Source of the DNA: Candidatus Zixiibacteriota bacterium
GTDB taxonomy: Bacteria; Zixibacteria; MSB-5A5; GN15; JAAZOE01
Assembly: GCA_043819555.1 (NCBI GenBank)
Contig: JBDREQ010000063.1
Span: 32,001 to 96,000 of the forward strand
DNA length: 64,000 nt
Reading direction: 5' to 3'
A model generated the notes under the pieces. That model searched no databases, had not been told where the DNA came from, and saw only the letters and a list, made by a program, of their open reading frames with translations. Shown in pieces: positions 41,429 through 51,666 of this stretch. Both the position numbers and the translations under genes were made by a program. How positions within the stretch are numbered: position 1 is the stretch's first letter; every line of letters starts with the position of its first letter.

Positions 41429-42961
41429 TCATCCCGCCCAACCGGGCATGACCGATAAATCAATATCAAAAACATACAATCCCACAAGATATACACAGGC
41501 TGTGATCAAGACTATCCCGATCAAATTCATGTAGATCCCAACCCGCATCATATCAGCGATAGTCAACCGCCCGGTTCCAAAGACAATGGCGTTGGGGGGA
41601 GTCGCCACCGGCAGCATAAAGGCGCATGAAGCCGACAGCGCCGCCGGCATCATCAAAAGGAGCGGATTAATTCCGATGACAACCGCCAGCGCCCCAAGAA
41701 TTGGCATGAATATTTCGGTGGTGGCGGTATTTGATGTCAGCTCGGTCAAAAATGTTATCATGGCGCAAACGGCGATAACGATTATTAACGGCGACAGCAG
41801 TTTGAATCCGGTCAGCTGGCTTCCGATATATTCGGCCAGCCCGGATTGGGTCATTCCCGACGCCAGCGCGAACCCGCCCCCGAATAACAGGACTATTCCC
41901 CAGTTTAGTTTTTTGGCGGTGGCCCAGTTCATGAGCCGCCTTCGCCCCTCGGTTTTGCGATGGGTTGGAATTACGAACAGAAGCAGGCTTGTAACGACCG
42001 CAACGGTGCCGTCGTCTATGAATTCCGGCGCCGCAAAAAGGCTCGACCATCCCGGCAGGACAAAATCGCCGAAAGCGATGCTTTTTCTGAACAACCATAG
42101 AAACACCGTGAAGGCGAAAATTATCAGGACGATTTTTTCTTCATATTTAATCGGTCCCAGGCTGCGGTATTCTTCGCGGAAAACAGAGGAGTCAGTTTCG
42201 AGCTTTGATTTGGGCACAAATATTTTGACTATCAAAAGCCAGCCCAAAATCATAAATGCGACGGCGAAAGGCGCGGCGAACATCATCCACTGGGCAAAGC
42301 TGATTTCGGGCGCGTTGGGAAAGATAATTGTCAGGATGCGAATAAAAGCCAGATTCGGGGGCGTTCCGATGAGAGTCGCCGTACCGCCAATGGACGCGGC
42401 GTAGGCGATTGAGATCAAAAGCCCGACGGGGAATTTGCCTACGTTTTTTTCGCCATAGCTGTCGGTCATTTTGGTGATAATTGCCATCGCCATTGGAACC
42501 ATCATCATCGTCGAGGCTGTATTGGCGATCCACATTGACAAAAAGAAAGTCGCCGCCATAAAACCGAGAATTATCCGCTTCGGGCTCGCCCCAATAAACA
42601 ATATTATTTTCAAAGCGATACGTTTATGAAGCCCCCATCGCTCCATCGCCAGCGCGATAATCAAGCCCCCGATGAATAGAAATATGATGTGATTGAAGTA
42701 CTGTGAGGCCGTCGCTTTGCCTGACATGATTCCCAGAAGAGGAAACAGCGCCACCGGCAATAGAGCCGTAACCGATATCGGGATTGCCTCGAAGATCCAC
42801 CAGATAGCGATCCACGCCGCGGCCGCGGCACAGCGGGTTACATTGGGATTGGCCGGATCAAGATCGGTAAAATAAAAAATGAATATCGCCGCCAGCGGCC
42901 CAAGATACAGCCCGATTTGCCGCTTGCTTAAAAACGGGGTATGTTCAAACGAATCTGACAT
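41429..42961 (-). CDS. SLC13/DASS sodium:dicarboxylate or sulfate symporter
   Basis: GGTATLIGTPPN, TELTSNTAT, AFMLPVATPPNAIVF. Confidence 0.92.
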   Translation of the reverse strand: MSDSFEHTPFLSKRQIGLYLGPLAAIFIFYFTDLDPANPNVTRCAAAAAWIAIWWIFEAIPISVTALLPVALFPLLGIMSGKATASQYFNHIIFLFIGGLIIALAMERWGLHKRIALKIILFIGASPKRIILGFMAATFFLSMWIANTASTMMMVPMAMAIITKMTDSYGEKNVGKFPVGLLISIAYAASIGGTATLIGTPPNLAFIRILTIIFPNAPEISFAQWMMFAAPFAVAFMILGWLLIVKIFVPKSKLETDSSVFREEYRSLGPIKYEEKIVLIIFAFTVFLWLFRKSIAFGDFVLPGWSSLFAAPEFIDDGTVAVVTSLLLFVIPTHRKTEGRRRLMNWATAKKLNWGIVLLFGGGFALASGMTQSGLAEYIGSQLTGFKLLSPLIIVIAVCAMITFLTELTSNTATTEIFMPILGALAVVIGINPLLLMMPAALSASCAFMLPVATPPNAIVFGTGRLTIADMMRVGIYMNLIGIVLITACVYLVGLYVFDIDLSVMPGWAG

Positions 42962-43088
42962 ATAATGAATAATAATAGGATGCAAAGCATGCCAGTGTCA
43001 AGCATTGAAAATCTTACCATCTTGTTCTTGGAAAAATCGCCCGATGCCATTATCTTGAATGCGGGCATATTTAAAAAAGGGCTGCACA

Positions 43089-43940
43089 ATGAAAACCATA
43101 AAAACATCAATTGTGATTATCTGCTTGACAATTATCATCTCAATAATAATTCCCGCATGCCTGGGCAAAGTCACCGGACCAGATCGAAATTTCGTCTATC
43201 CCCTAAAAGTCGGCAATTACTGGGAATATGATTTTTCTTACGAGCATTTTGACTCGGAAACAGGAGAACCTTCCTTGCTAAGACCAAATATATATACGAC
43301 CTCTACAGCGGAAATCATCGGGATGGATACCCTGGGAGATACTCTGGAAACATTTGTATTCTATACCGAAGATGACACCGCCAATGCCAATAGCTTCAAT
43401 TCCGCAACCGTATATTTAAATAATAACCCGGATGGGTTTTATCAATACGCAAATAATGGTGTCAGTCTTATTGCTCCGGCCAAACCGTCCAAAACAAATC
43501 ACTGCTATACATATATAGGCATCTCTTTCAAGTCGGTCGACCAATTATTTGACTTCTTCTCACCCAAGCTTTATTCAAGCTCTTCCGATAATTTGAGACG
43601 CGGGTTGGCATATCCTTTCAAAATTGGCAATCAATGGACCGTGGTAACTCTTGGCGACGCAAATCCTTTCCAACGGATTGTCAAACGAATTACAAACTGG
43701 ACCAAAGTTAAAACCGAGGCTGGTGAGTTTGATTGTTTTAAGATTCAATGGCTCTGGGATTTTGATGGAGATGGTCTCTGGGATGATAATCTTGTCGGAT
43801 ATGATTATGTTTCAGAGCATGGGCTTATTGTCAGGGAATTAAGAATTAATGGTACGATAATAACAGATTATACCGGCCAGCCGATTGATACCTGCGACAT
43901 CGTCCAAAAATTTGAATTGAAAAAGCTGGATTTGAAATAA
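43089..43940 (+). CDS. hypothetical lipoprotein
   Basis: Lipobox IPAC; YPLKVGNYWEY and VKTEAGEFDC repeats. Confidence 0.65.
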   Translation: MKTIKTSIVIICLTIIISIIIPACLGKVTGPDRNFVYPLKVGNYWEYDFSYEHFDSETGEPSLLRPNIYTTSTAEIIGMDTLGDTLETFVFYTEDDTANANSFNSATVYLNNNPDGFYQYANNGVSLIAPAKPSKTNHCYTYIGISFKSVDQLFDFFSPKLYSSSSDNLRRGLAYPFKIGNQWTVVTLGDANPFQRIVKRITNWTKVKTEAGEFDCFKIQWLWDFDGDGLWDDNLVGYDYVSEHGLIVRELRINGTIITDYTGQPIDTCDIVQKFELKKLDLK

Positions 43941-43956
43941 ATTTTGTTGGAAAAAC

Positions 43957-45012
43957 TTACGGCTTAATAATAACAGAATATTTTTCTTTTGGTAAAATAC
44001 TACCGATTATGGCAGCATCGATATTTCTTTTTATCAGATAATTAAGACAATCGTTCGCATTTTTCTCATCAATGCTTATCAAAAGTCCGCCCGAAGTCTG
44101 CGGGTCAAAAACTATATCGGATGCATAACTTTCCGGAGATGAATCAATTGATATTTTCCCCTCAAGATGGCTCTTATTGGCCGAGGCTCCACCGGTCAAA
44201 GCTCCCGCTTTAACATATTCAATTGTCCCCGGCAACAATTTTAATTTATTAAAATCAATTTCAATTGAAACTCCCGAACCGTTCGCCATTTCATAAGTAT
44301 GTCCCGCCAGACCAAACCCGGTTATATCGGTGGCGGCATGGCCGCCGAATTCAATCATCGCCTCAGATGCAATCTTATTTAACGCGATCATCGATTGGCA
44401 TAAATAATCAATATGTTCTTTTTGGGCTTTATTTTGTTTTACTGCCGTCGCTACGATTCCTGTTCCCAGCGGCTTGGTCAATATCAAAACATCACCCGCC
44501 CGGGCACCCTTGTTTGTGAAAATCTTATCGGGATGGATAATTCCGGTTACGGCCAGACCGTATTTAAGCTCTTTATCTTTTATGGAGTGGCCGCCGGCGA
44601 TAACGGCTCCGGCCTCGGCGATTTTATCGGCCCCGCCCCGCAGAATATCTCCGACAATATCGGGAGGCATATCAGCCGGAACAGTCAGGATATTTAAAGC
44701 CGCCAGAGGTTTTCCACCCATAGCGTAAACATCCGAAAGAGCGTTGGCCGCCGCCACTTGCCCGAATAGATACGGATCATCAACAATCGGAGGGAAAAAA
44801 TCAATCGTCAGGACCAAAGCTAGTTCATCATTGATCTTATAAACTCCGGCATCATCGACGCCGTCGAAACCGACCAGAAGATTTTCCGATTGCGGAGGCG
44901 TAAATCTCTTAAGTATCTCACCCAGCGCCGCCGGGCCGATTTTGGAAGCTCAACCGGCACCCGAAACCTGGGCGGTCAGTTTTATTTCTCGATCTTCTCT
45001 TAGGTCATCCAT
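43957..45012 (-). CDS. selD: selenophosphate synthetase containing selenocysteine (UGA at codon 21, 44950-44952)
   Basis: [29 protein letters not shown]…DDAGVY…[12 protein letters not shown]…DITGFGL…DPQTSGGLL; hairpin 44920-44936 begins 13 nt after the UGA. Confidence 0.95.
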
Positions 45013-45316
45013 ATTAACTGCTTTCAAAAAAGAATCTACCATGAAAATTAGCCAATTTCAAGAATATTCTTATTGGGCATCTCCCAACATCATGAAAAAT
45101 GGAAACTTGAGTTTGACAAATAGGAATTAATTGATTAAATTAATATAGCCTAACTGATTGGCGGACAGCAAAATTTAAAGAATTTTCAATAAAATGGCAA
45201 TTTTCGACGGGAATTTGAGAGTATATATTATAGGGGTAGTGCAGAAATTAGCAGGAGACAATAACTCGAACCATTTATAATTGAGTGTATAGTTTAAATT
45301 ATTAAAAGGATTTAAG

Positions 45317-45342
45317 GGAACCTTTGGCGTCGGCATGCTGTT
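45317..45342 (+). promoter_or_regulatory. putative autoregulatory ECF promoter
   Basis: GGAAC-N18-GTT, matching the SigR/SigH-type consensus. Confidence 0.55.
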
Positions 45343-45389
45343 TTTTAATATCAGACGGTCGGCCGAAGGAAACTTTTTGTGGGTGCGAT

Positions 45390-45971
45390 ATGGCTGACCA
45401 AAAGCAAAAAGAACTGAGAAAACGATTTGAACAGGAGGCGATGGTTCATACCGATGCGTTAATGCGTACAGCTCGCCGAATGACCAACAATGAGAATGAC
45501 GCCCAGGACCTGGTTCAGGAAGCCATGCTTAAAGCTTATCGCTTTTTTGATAAGTTTGAACCCGGAACCAACTGTAAAGCCTGGCTCTTTAAGATAATGA
45601 CTAACATATTTATCAACAACTACCGTTCACGCGCCAAAGCTCCCCAATCAATGGCTTTTGACGAAGTCGATGACAGTTTCCTGTTTGGCCAACTGGCCAA
45701 ATTCAAAGGCGGAGACGATCCCGAGAAAGTATTTTTCTCCAAAATATTCGACGATGACGTTAAAATTGCCATCAGCGAGTTGCCGGAAGATTTTCGAATC
45801 GTGGTCGTCTTATCATTTTTGGAGGGATTTGCTTATCAGGAGATCGCTGATATTACCGGATTGCAGATCGGTACCGTGAAATCAAGATTGCATCGCGGCC
45901 GAAAATTACTGCAAAAATCTCTCCTGGATTATGCTGTCAAGAACGGTTTCATCAAGGAGCCCCACAATTGA
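45390..45971 (+). CDS. ECF sigma factor (SigR/SigH-like)
   Basis: DAQDLVQE, FEPGTNCKAWLFKIMTN, YQEIADI…GTVKSRLHRGR. Confidence 0.93.
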   Translation: MADQKQKELRKRFEQEAMVHTDALMRTARRMTNNENDAQDLVQEAMLKAYRFFDKFEPGTNCKAWLFKIMTNIFINNYRSRAKAPQSMAFDEVDDSFLFGQLAKFKGGDDPEKVFFSKIFDDDVKIAISELPEDFRIVVVLSFLEGFAYQEIADITGLQIGTVKSRLHRGRKLLQKSLLDYAVKNGFIKEPHN

Positions 45972-46786
45972 ATTGCAAAGAAATCTTGAGCCATCTTTAT
46001 GAAATAATCGATAAAGAAGCCAACGAAATTGATTCCCGTAAAGTTGAGGAGCATCTAAAGCTGTGCCGTCATTGCATGGCCCACTATGAATTCGAGCGGA
46101 CTTTCAAAGCCTTTGTAGTCGAAAAAGGTCGCAATGTCACAGACACCGACTCCATAAAGCAATCAATTCTAAATCAACTCGACGCCATTGATGCCGCTGG
46201 GGAGGTCGGCAATAAACACCCTTTTAGATGGCAGGCGGTTAGTTTGGCCGCTGTCGTGGCCCTGATTATTTGCGTTATCGCCGCTTATACGCTGTCCGAT
46301 TTTCAGAATAATCTTACCTCACATGAAAATACAAATGAAGCTATTTTGGCTGATAGTTATGACGACAGTATGAGCCATTTTATCAGCGCTTTTTCCAATC
46401 ACTTATCTCAGAATACCCAGCCGGTCAGCCATGCTTCTCCCCTGGATTATTTATATGACCTTACGGGCATAAAACTTGATCCAATCCCCGAATTTTCGCA
46501 AGAAAATATCCTGTCGGTTTCGGTCGATACGATCATGAGTGTTCCCTTCGGCTGCCTGGAAATGCTAAATCAGGATAATAATCTGGTGACGATTTTTATT
46601 GCCGCCATAGATAATTATACTCTTCCCGAAAATCCTCGCGGTATTATTGACGGCCACAAGTATGTATTGCATCGCTGCGAGAAATGCACCATTGTTGGCA
46701 CTCAAAAGAAAGACTTAATCTTTATGGTCGTTTCAAGTTCGACCTGCCAGCCTCAAGAATTAGTCGACATGACCAAATTCTTTTAA
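45968..46786 (+). CDS. zinc-binding anti-sigma factor (ZAS) with TM helix and extracytoplasmic domain
   Basis: C…HLKLCRHC (HxxxCxxC), central TM; overlaps the sigma stop. Confidence 0.85.
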   Translation: MNCKEILSHLYEIIDKEANEIDSRKVEEHLKLCRHCMAHYEFERTFKAFVVEKGRNVTDTDSIKQSILNQLDAIDAAGEVGNKHPFRWQAVSLAAVVALIICVIAAYTLSDFQNNLTSHENTNEAILADSYDDSMSHFISAFSNHLSQNTQPVSHASPLDYLYDLTGIKLDPIPEFSQENILSVSVDTIMSVPFGCLEMLNQDNNLVTIFIAAIDNYTLPENPRGIIDGHKYVLHRCEKCTIVGTQKKDLIFMVVSSSTCQPQELVDMTKFF

Positions 46787-46841
46787 TCGCGTATATTATA
46801 ATTCTAATTGCGGCATCCCCCGGGATGACTTATACATCATT

Positions 46842-47867
46842 ATGATTCAGCCGCGAATGATATTATTTTGCGGTCTTGCTTTGTATTTGGCAGGATCCCA
46901 TCAAATTTCGGCCCGGCATATTCCCGATGATATAAAAATCTGTCTTAATCAGATTACCGCCTGCATTTATAATGATCAATTTCTGCAGGCCGAAGCCCTG
47001 ATTGATTCATTGAGCCGCGATGGAAACGCGCGCCCGTTTAATTTTCTGTTTCGTTCGATTTTATATCAATCACAAATGATGGCCGCCGAATCAAATCACC
47101 TTGAAACTCAGTTTTTTGATTGTCTCGACAGCGTTGAAGCCTCCAGTCAAAGAATGCTTGAATCCGGTCAGGATTCGGCCCTGGCTTATTATTTTTCCGG
47201 CCACAGCCACGCCTTTCGATCTCTGTATCAGGGCCGAGCGGGGCACACCTGGTCGGCCATCAAAAAGGCGTTAGGCGCACGGAAGGCGTACGATAAAGGA
47301 TATAAAGCCGATTCGACATTCCATGATATTGCCCTGGGACTGGGTTCCTATAAATACTGGAAAACGGTCAAAACCAAAGCTCTGAATTGGACCCCTCTTT
47401 TCAAAAGCGAAAAAAGACGGGGGATAGAATTATTGCGATTGGCGGCCGATTCTTCGGATATCTCGAGGGATGCTTCCCGGGCGGCATTGATCTGGGTTTA
47501 TATCAATGAAAAACAGTACGGACAGGCTATCAGTCTGGCCGGTGAAATGCTCAAGAAATATCCCCACGGTTTGACTTTTCTGTGGCCGCTGGGCGAAGCC
47601 TATTTCAAGCTGGGCGATTACAGTCAGGCGATTGAAATTTACTCAGAAATAAAGAGCAAATTATCAACGAACCCCGGCAATTATTTCAATATTATTGAAG
47701 CCTCTTTTTATTTATTTCAATGTTACGATTCCCAAAGAACGGATCCGGAAAAATCGCACGCGGAAATCTGCCTTCTTGCCAAAGAGATACAAAACCTGCC
47801 AATTCCCGAGGAAACTCAAGAGCGGCAGATGGAAAAAATAAAAAAAATTACAAGCGCCGATAAATAA
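46842..47867 (+). CDS. secreted TPR-containing protein
   Basis: Signal peptide; LGEAYFKLGDYSQAIEIY. Confidence 0.7.
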   Translation: MIQPRMILFCGLALYLAGSHQISARHIPDDIKICLNQITACIYNDQFLQAEALIDSLSRDGNARPFNFLFRSILYQSQMMAAESNHLETQFFDCLDSVEASSQRMLESGQDSALAYYFSGHSHAFRSLYQGRAGHTWSAIKKALGARKAYDKGYKADSTFHDIALGLGSYKYWKTVKTKALNWTPLFKSEKRRGIELLRLAADSSDISRDASRAALIWVYINEKQYGQAISLAGEMLKKYPHGLTFLWPLGEAYFKLGDYSQAIEIYSEIKSKLSTNPGNYFNIIEASFYLFQCYDSQRTDPEKSHAEICLLAKEIQNLPIPEETQERQMEKIKKITSADK

Positions 47868-47966
47868 CCAAGATGAAATAACGCACTTAATCAATTCACG
47901 GGTAAATTTCCCCGCCAATCAACCGAAATCATTAAATAGGGTAGAGTTATATAATACGTACTGCAT

Positions 47967-48857
47967 ATGGAAAGGACAGCAATTCGTCTTATGGAAAATT
48001 CCATTGAATCCAGCCGGGCGCTGGATAAAATAGTTTCTTCAATTGGCCAATTACCGGCGACTCCGGTTATTATATCGTCTCTGATGGGATTAACCGCGGA
48101 TGTTAATACCGATATAGAGAAAATCACCCAGGCTCTGATGCTGGATCAATCACTAACCGCCCAAGTACTAAAACTATCAAATTCCTCATTTTATGGCCGT
48201 CCCAAGGAAATACTAACGTTAAAAGAGGCTGTCATCCTGCTCGGTTTCAAGACCCTGCGATCTCTCGTCGTGGCCGCGTCAACGCATGGACTCTACACCA
48301 GCCCCGGCGGAGAAAACCATAATAAGCTCTGGGAGCATGCCCTGGCGACTGCTATAGCTTCGCGCCTGATCGCCAAAGTAGTCCATCACCCGCAAGTTGA
48401 AGAGGCATTTATAGCGGGATTATTGCACGATATCGGCAAACTCGTTTTACTTCAAAAAAAGCCGAATGAATATAAAGAAGTGATTTTGACCGTTGAAAAG
48501 ACCGGCGGAAAGTTTATTGAGACAGAGGATGAAAAATTCGGCTTTAATCATACCGACGCCGGCCTTTTAATCCTTCACAAATGGTCGTTTCCGGCGGAAC
48601 TAATCAACGCCGTTTATGAACATCATAATCCAATCGATTTGGATCAGGACTCGATTCCAATATCTTACATTGTCAATCTGGGTAATATTTTCGCCAAAAA
48701 ACTCCCCGTTGGTTTTAACGATTACCGTCCCAAAGATATAACACAGGTTCCCTCAATCGCTCATTTGGGTCTGAATATGGAACAGCTTGAAGCGATGGAA
48801 AGCCTGATGGCGGGACAATTCAATTATGAACGCAGCGTTCTGGCCAGCCAATACTAA
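47967..48857 (+). CDS. HDOD domain protein
   Basis: DQSLTAQVLKLSNSSFY, AGLLHDIGKL. Confidence 0.92.
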   Translation: MERTAIRLMENSIESSRALDKIVSSIGQLPATPVIISSLMGLTADVNTDIEKITQALMLDQSLTAQVLKLSNSSFYGRPKEILTLKEAVILLGFKTLRSLVVAASTHGLYTSPGGENHNKLWEHALATAIASRLIAKVVHHPQVEEAFIAGLLHDIGKLVLLQKKPNEYKEVILTVEKTGGKFIETEDEKFGFNHTDAGLLILHKWSFPAELINAVYEHHNPIDLDQDSIPISYIVNLGNIFAKKLPVGFNDYRPKDITQVPSIAHLGLNMEQLEAMESLMAGQFNYERSVLASQY

Positions 48858-48941
48858 TATCGGTATATCCCTTCATATTTAAATTCGGCTTGTTTTATAT
48901 TCGTTTTTTCTGTATAATTTAGTATAAACATCGGATAAATT

Positions 48942-49016
48942 CCGTTGGGGGTGGCAATAATTGCCTGAGACTATACCCCCGAACCTGATCCGGGTAATGC
49001 CGGCGGAGGAAAACGG
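48942..49016 (+). ncRNA. TPP riboswitch
   Basis: CCGTT-GGGGGTG…CTGAGA…ATACCC…GAACCTGATCCGGGTAATGCCGGCGGAGGA-AAACGG, with P1 CCGTT/AACGG. Confidence 0.93.
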
Positions 49017-49215
49017 TATGGTAATCTGCATTGCGGTGTATCACCCGCCCTAATTCCTTTTAACCGGGCATTACAAAAAAATTAGCGTCGCCTGCCGTGT
49101 GATTTTTGTTTGCAATACCTGCACGGGGTACAGAGCACGGTATCGCGGGCATCAAACAGTCTAAGCGGCAAGCGGCACTGGATAATTTCATTTCTTGAAG
49201 AGGGAGGGAAAAAGT

Positions 49216-51660
49216 ATGGAACGGCTTTTTTTCTTCACGATTTTATTGACGGCTTGGTTTAGTTGCTCCGTTTATGGCGATAACATTCGGATAAACGGAC
49301 ATGTAATAGATGAAAATAATTTACCGATTGCGCGGGTAAACGTAAAATCTGGAAATATCGCACAAAACATTCAGACCGATGAAAACGGAAGCTTTTCGGT
49401 AATTGTCATTTCTTCTAGGCCAACGCGTTTAAATTTCTCGCATGCCGGTTATGTCCCGACATCTATTGATATCGAATCCGGAGAAAATAATATCGCTGTT
49501 ACTATGATTACCCAGATTCACCCGATGGATGGGATTACCGTGACCGCTGGCCGAGCCGTCATGGGTCAATCACCGGTATCTTTTCAAAATATTGACCGTG
49601 AGACAATCGACCGCGATATGGATATCGGTGAAATGCCCGAACTTCTCGATCTGACCCCCAACCTATATAGTTATTCCGATGCCGGAGGGGGGCTTGGTTA
49701 CAGCTACCTCAGTATCCGGGGATTCAATGCCCGCCGGGCTCCGGTTTATATCAACGGCATACCTCTCAACGATCCCGAAGACCATGCTCTTTATTTCATT
49801 GACCTGCCCGATTTCGCTTCCCATCTCGACAACGTCCAGGTCCAGCGAGGCGTCGGCAATTCTCTGTATGGCGATCCTTCGTTCGGAGGCTCGATCAATC
49901 TCCTGACCAGCGTTTTAACGCACGATCGGCAGGCCGTCATCACAGCCGGCTATGGCGGTTTCTGGCAGGACGGAAAAAATATTGGCTTGATGCGCAAGCA
50001 ATCAGTCTTTTATTCCAGTGGACTTTTGGATAATGGCTGGTCGTTATCAGGTCGATGGGTCAAACAATATTCCGACGGTTATCGCGAAAATTCATGGTAT
50101 GACGGCTCCGCCTTTTATCTGTCCCTCGGCCGCATTGATCCCGGGATGATAACAACGGTCAATATTTACGGCGGCCCGATAAAAACACACGCCGCCTGGG
50201 ATGGCATCGACCGACTTACCCTATCAATAAATCGTCGAGCCAATGAGTATACATATAGCAATGAAATCGATGATTTCAATCAACCGCACTTTGAGCTTCA
50301 CAATATCTATAACATCTCCGAAACAACGACGCTAAATAATACAATCTATCATATTCGCGGCAAAGGATTCTATGAGCAATTGAAAAGAGGCGAAGATTTA
50401 TTCGAATACAATTTGTCGGAAAACAGCGGAGGCTTGACAAGCGATTTGGTCCGTCGCAAATGGGTTGAGAAATATCAGACGGGCCTGAACAGTTATATTG
50501 ATTATGATGACGGGAAAAAACAGATTGTTCTCGGAGGATCGTATTACTTTTTTGAATCTGAGCACTGGGGCGAAGTTCTCTGGGCCGAAGAATTATCCCC
50601 CTCGAATCTCAACGAACAGTCACCGTTCAAATACTATGAATATTTTGGCAAATATCACAACATGTCAGCCTACGCGTCTTTGAATTATGCCTTTAATGAT
50701 CGCCTCAATCTATCCGGCAATCTTCAGGCTCGTTATCTTTATAAAAATATACACATTACTCCCCAGGGAATTTTTGATCCGACGATGTACATTCTTGACT
50801 GGTTGTTTCTATCTCCGCGCGTAGGAATTAATTATTCCCTCAATGAAAAATTGTCATCCTATTTCAGCTTCTCCATCGCTTCGCATGAACCAAATGACGA
50901 TATGATCGATGATGCCGACGACCCCTTTGATATTCCGCGGTTGAAAATCATAGATGATACTGCAACTCCAGTAGTGTATGGCGATGCCACCGTTGGTTCT
51001 GAACGAATCTATGATTTTGAATTAGGCGTCAATCACCGCGCTTCAAGATTGTCATTGGATGGCAATCTGTTCTGGATGGAGTACCGCAATGCTCTCGTCC
51101 CTGATGGGGGATTAACCGATGACGGACTTCCTACCTATGGCAACGCCGAACGATCACTGCATCGAGGATTGGAATTAGCCGGGGTGTATAAAATTCAAAA
51201 CAGCCTGCGAATCGAAGGCAATATCGCTCTCAATGATTTCTGGATTAAAGAATACAGCCAGCATAACTGGGATGGCACGACCACCCGGCATCGCAACGTG
51301 GCCACACCCAATTTCCCCAAATATATCACTAACCTGACTTTCGATTATTCAATCAGCGCTTTCGAATTCGTTTATCGCGTCCGAGCCGTAGGCCGCCAGT
51401 TTATTTCACTCGATGGCCGTCATACCGATGTCAAAAACGAATCGGTTGATATATCGATTGCCCCCTTTACCATCTCATCCTTGAAGGCTGTCATAAATCT
51501 GGGAAGTTTGTTAAATGGAACCAATTTTCAATTGGAAAGCCGAATTAATAATCTCTTCAATGAAAAATATGAAACTTTTGGGTATCGCTGGGAGAATTAT
51601 TTCGCCTACTGGCCGGCCGCCGAGAGAAACTGGTTCGTAAATTTGAAAATGACGATATAA
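49216..51660 (+). CDS. TonB-dependent receptor, probable thiamine uptake
   Basis: Plug motifs SIRGF, INGIPLND, VQRGVG…GGSINL; NNLFNEKY; downstream of a TPP riboswitch. Confidence 0.9.
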   Translation: MERLFFFTILLTAWFSCSVYGDNIRINGHVIDENNLPIARVNVKSGNIAQNIQTDENGSFSVIVISSRPTRLNFSHAGYVPTSIDIESGENNIAVTMITQIHPMDGITVTAGRAVMGQSPVSFQNIDRETIDRDMDIGEMPELLDLTPNLYSYSDAGGGLGYSYLSIRGFNARRAPVYINGIPLNDPEDHALYFIDLPDFASHLDNVQVQRGVGNSLYGDPSFGGSINLLTSVLTHDRQAVITAGYGGFWQDGKNIGLMRKQSVFYSSGLLDNGWSLSGRWVKQYSDGYRENSWYDGSAFYLSLGRIDPGMITTVNIYGGPIKTHAAWDGIDRLTLSINRRANEYTYSNEIDDFNQPHFELHNIYNISETTTLNNTIYHIRGKGFYEQLKRGEDLFEYNLSENSGGLTSDLVRRKWVEKYQTGLNSYIDYDDGKKQIVLGGSYYFFESEHWGEVLWAEELSPSNLNEQSPFKYYEYFGKYHNMSAYASLNYAFNDRLNLSGNLQARYLYKNIHITPQGIFDPTMYILDWLFLSPRVGINYSLNEKLSSYFSFSIASHEPNDDMIDDADDPFDIPRLKIIDDTATPVVYGDATVGSERIYDFELGVNHRASRLSLDGNLFWMEYRNALVPDGGLTDDGLPTYGNAERSLHRGLELAGVYKIQNSLRIEGNIALNDFWIKEYSQHNWDGTTTRHRNVATPNFPKYITNLTFDYSISAFEFVYRVRAVGRQFISLDGRHTDVKNESVDISIAPFTISSLKAVINLGSLLNGTNFQLESRINNLFNEKYETFGYRWENYFAYWPAAERNWFVNLKMTI

Positions 51661-51666
51661 TATCTC

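Noticed and set aside
41586..42404. 272-aa plus-strand ORF
   Set aside because: Antisense to the SLC13 transporter; no recognisable motifs
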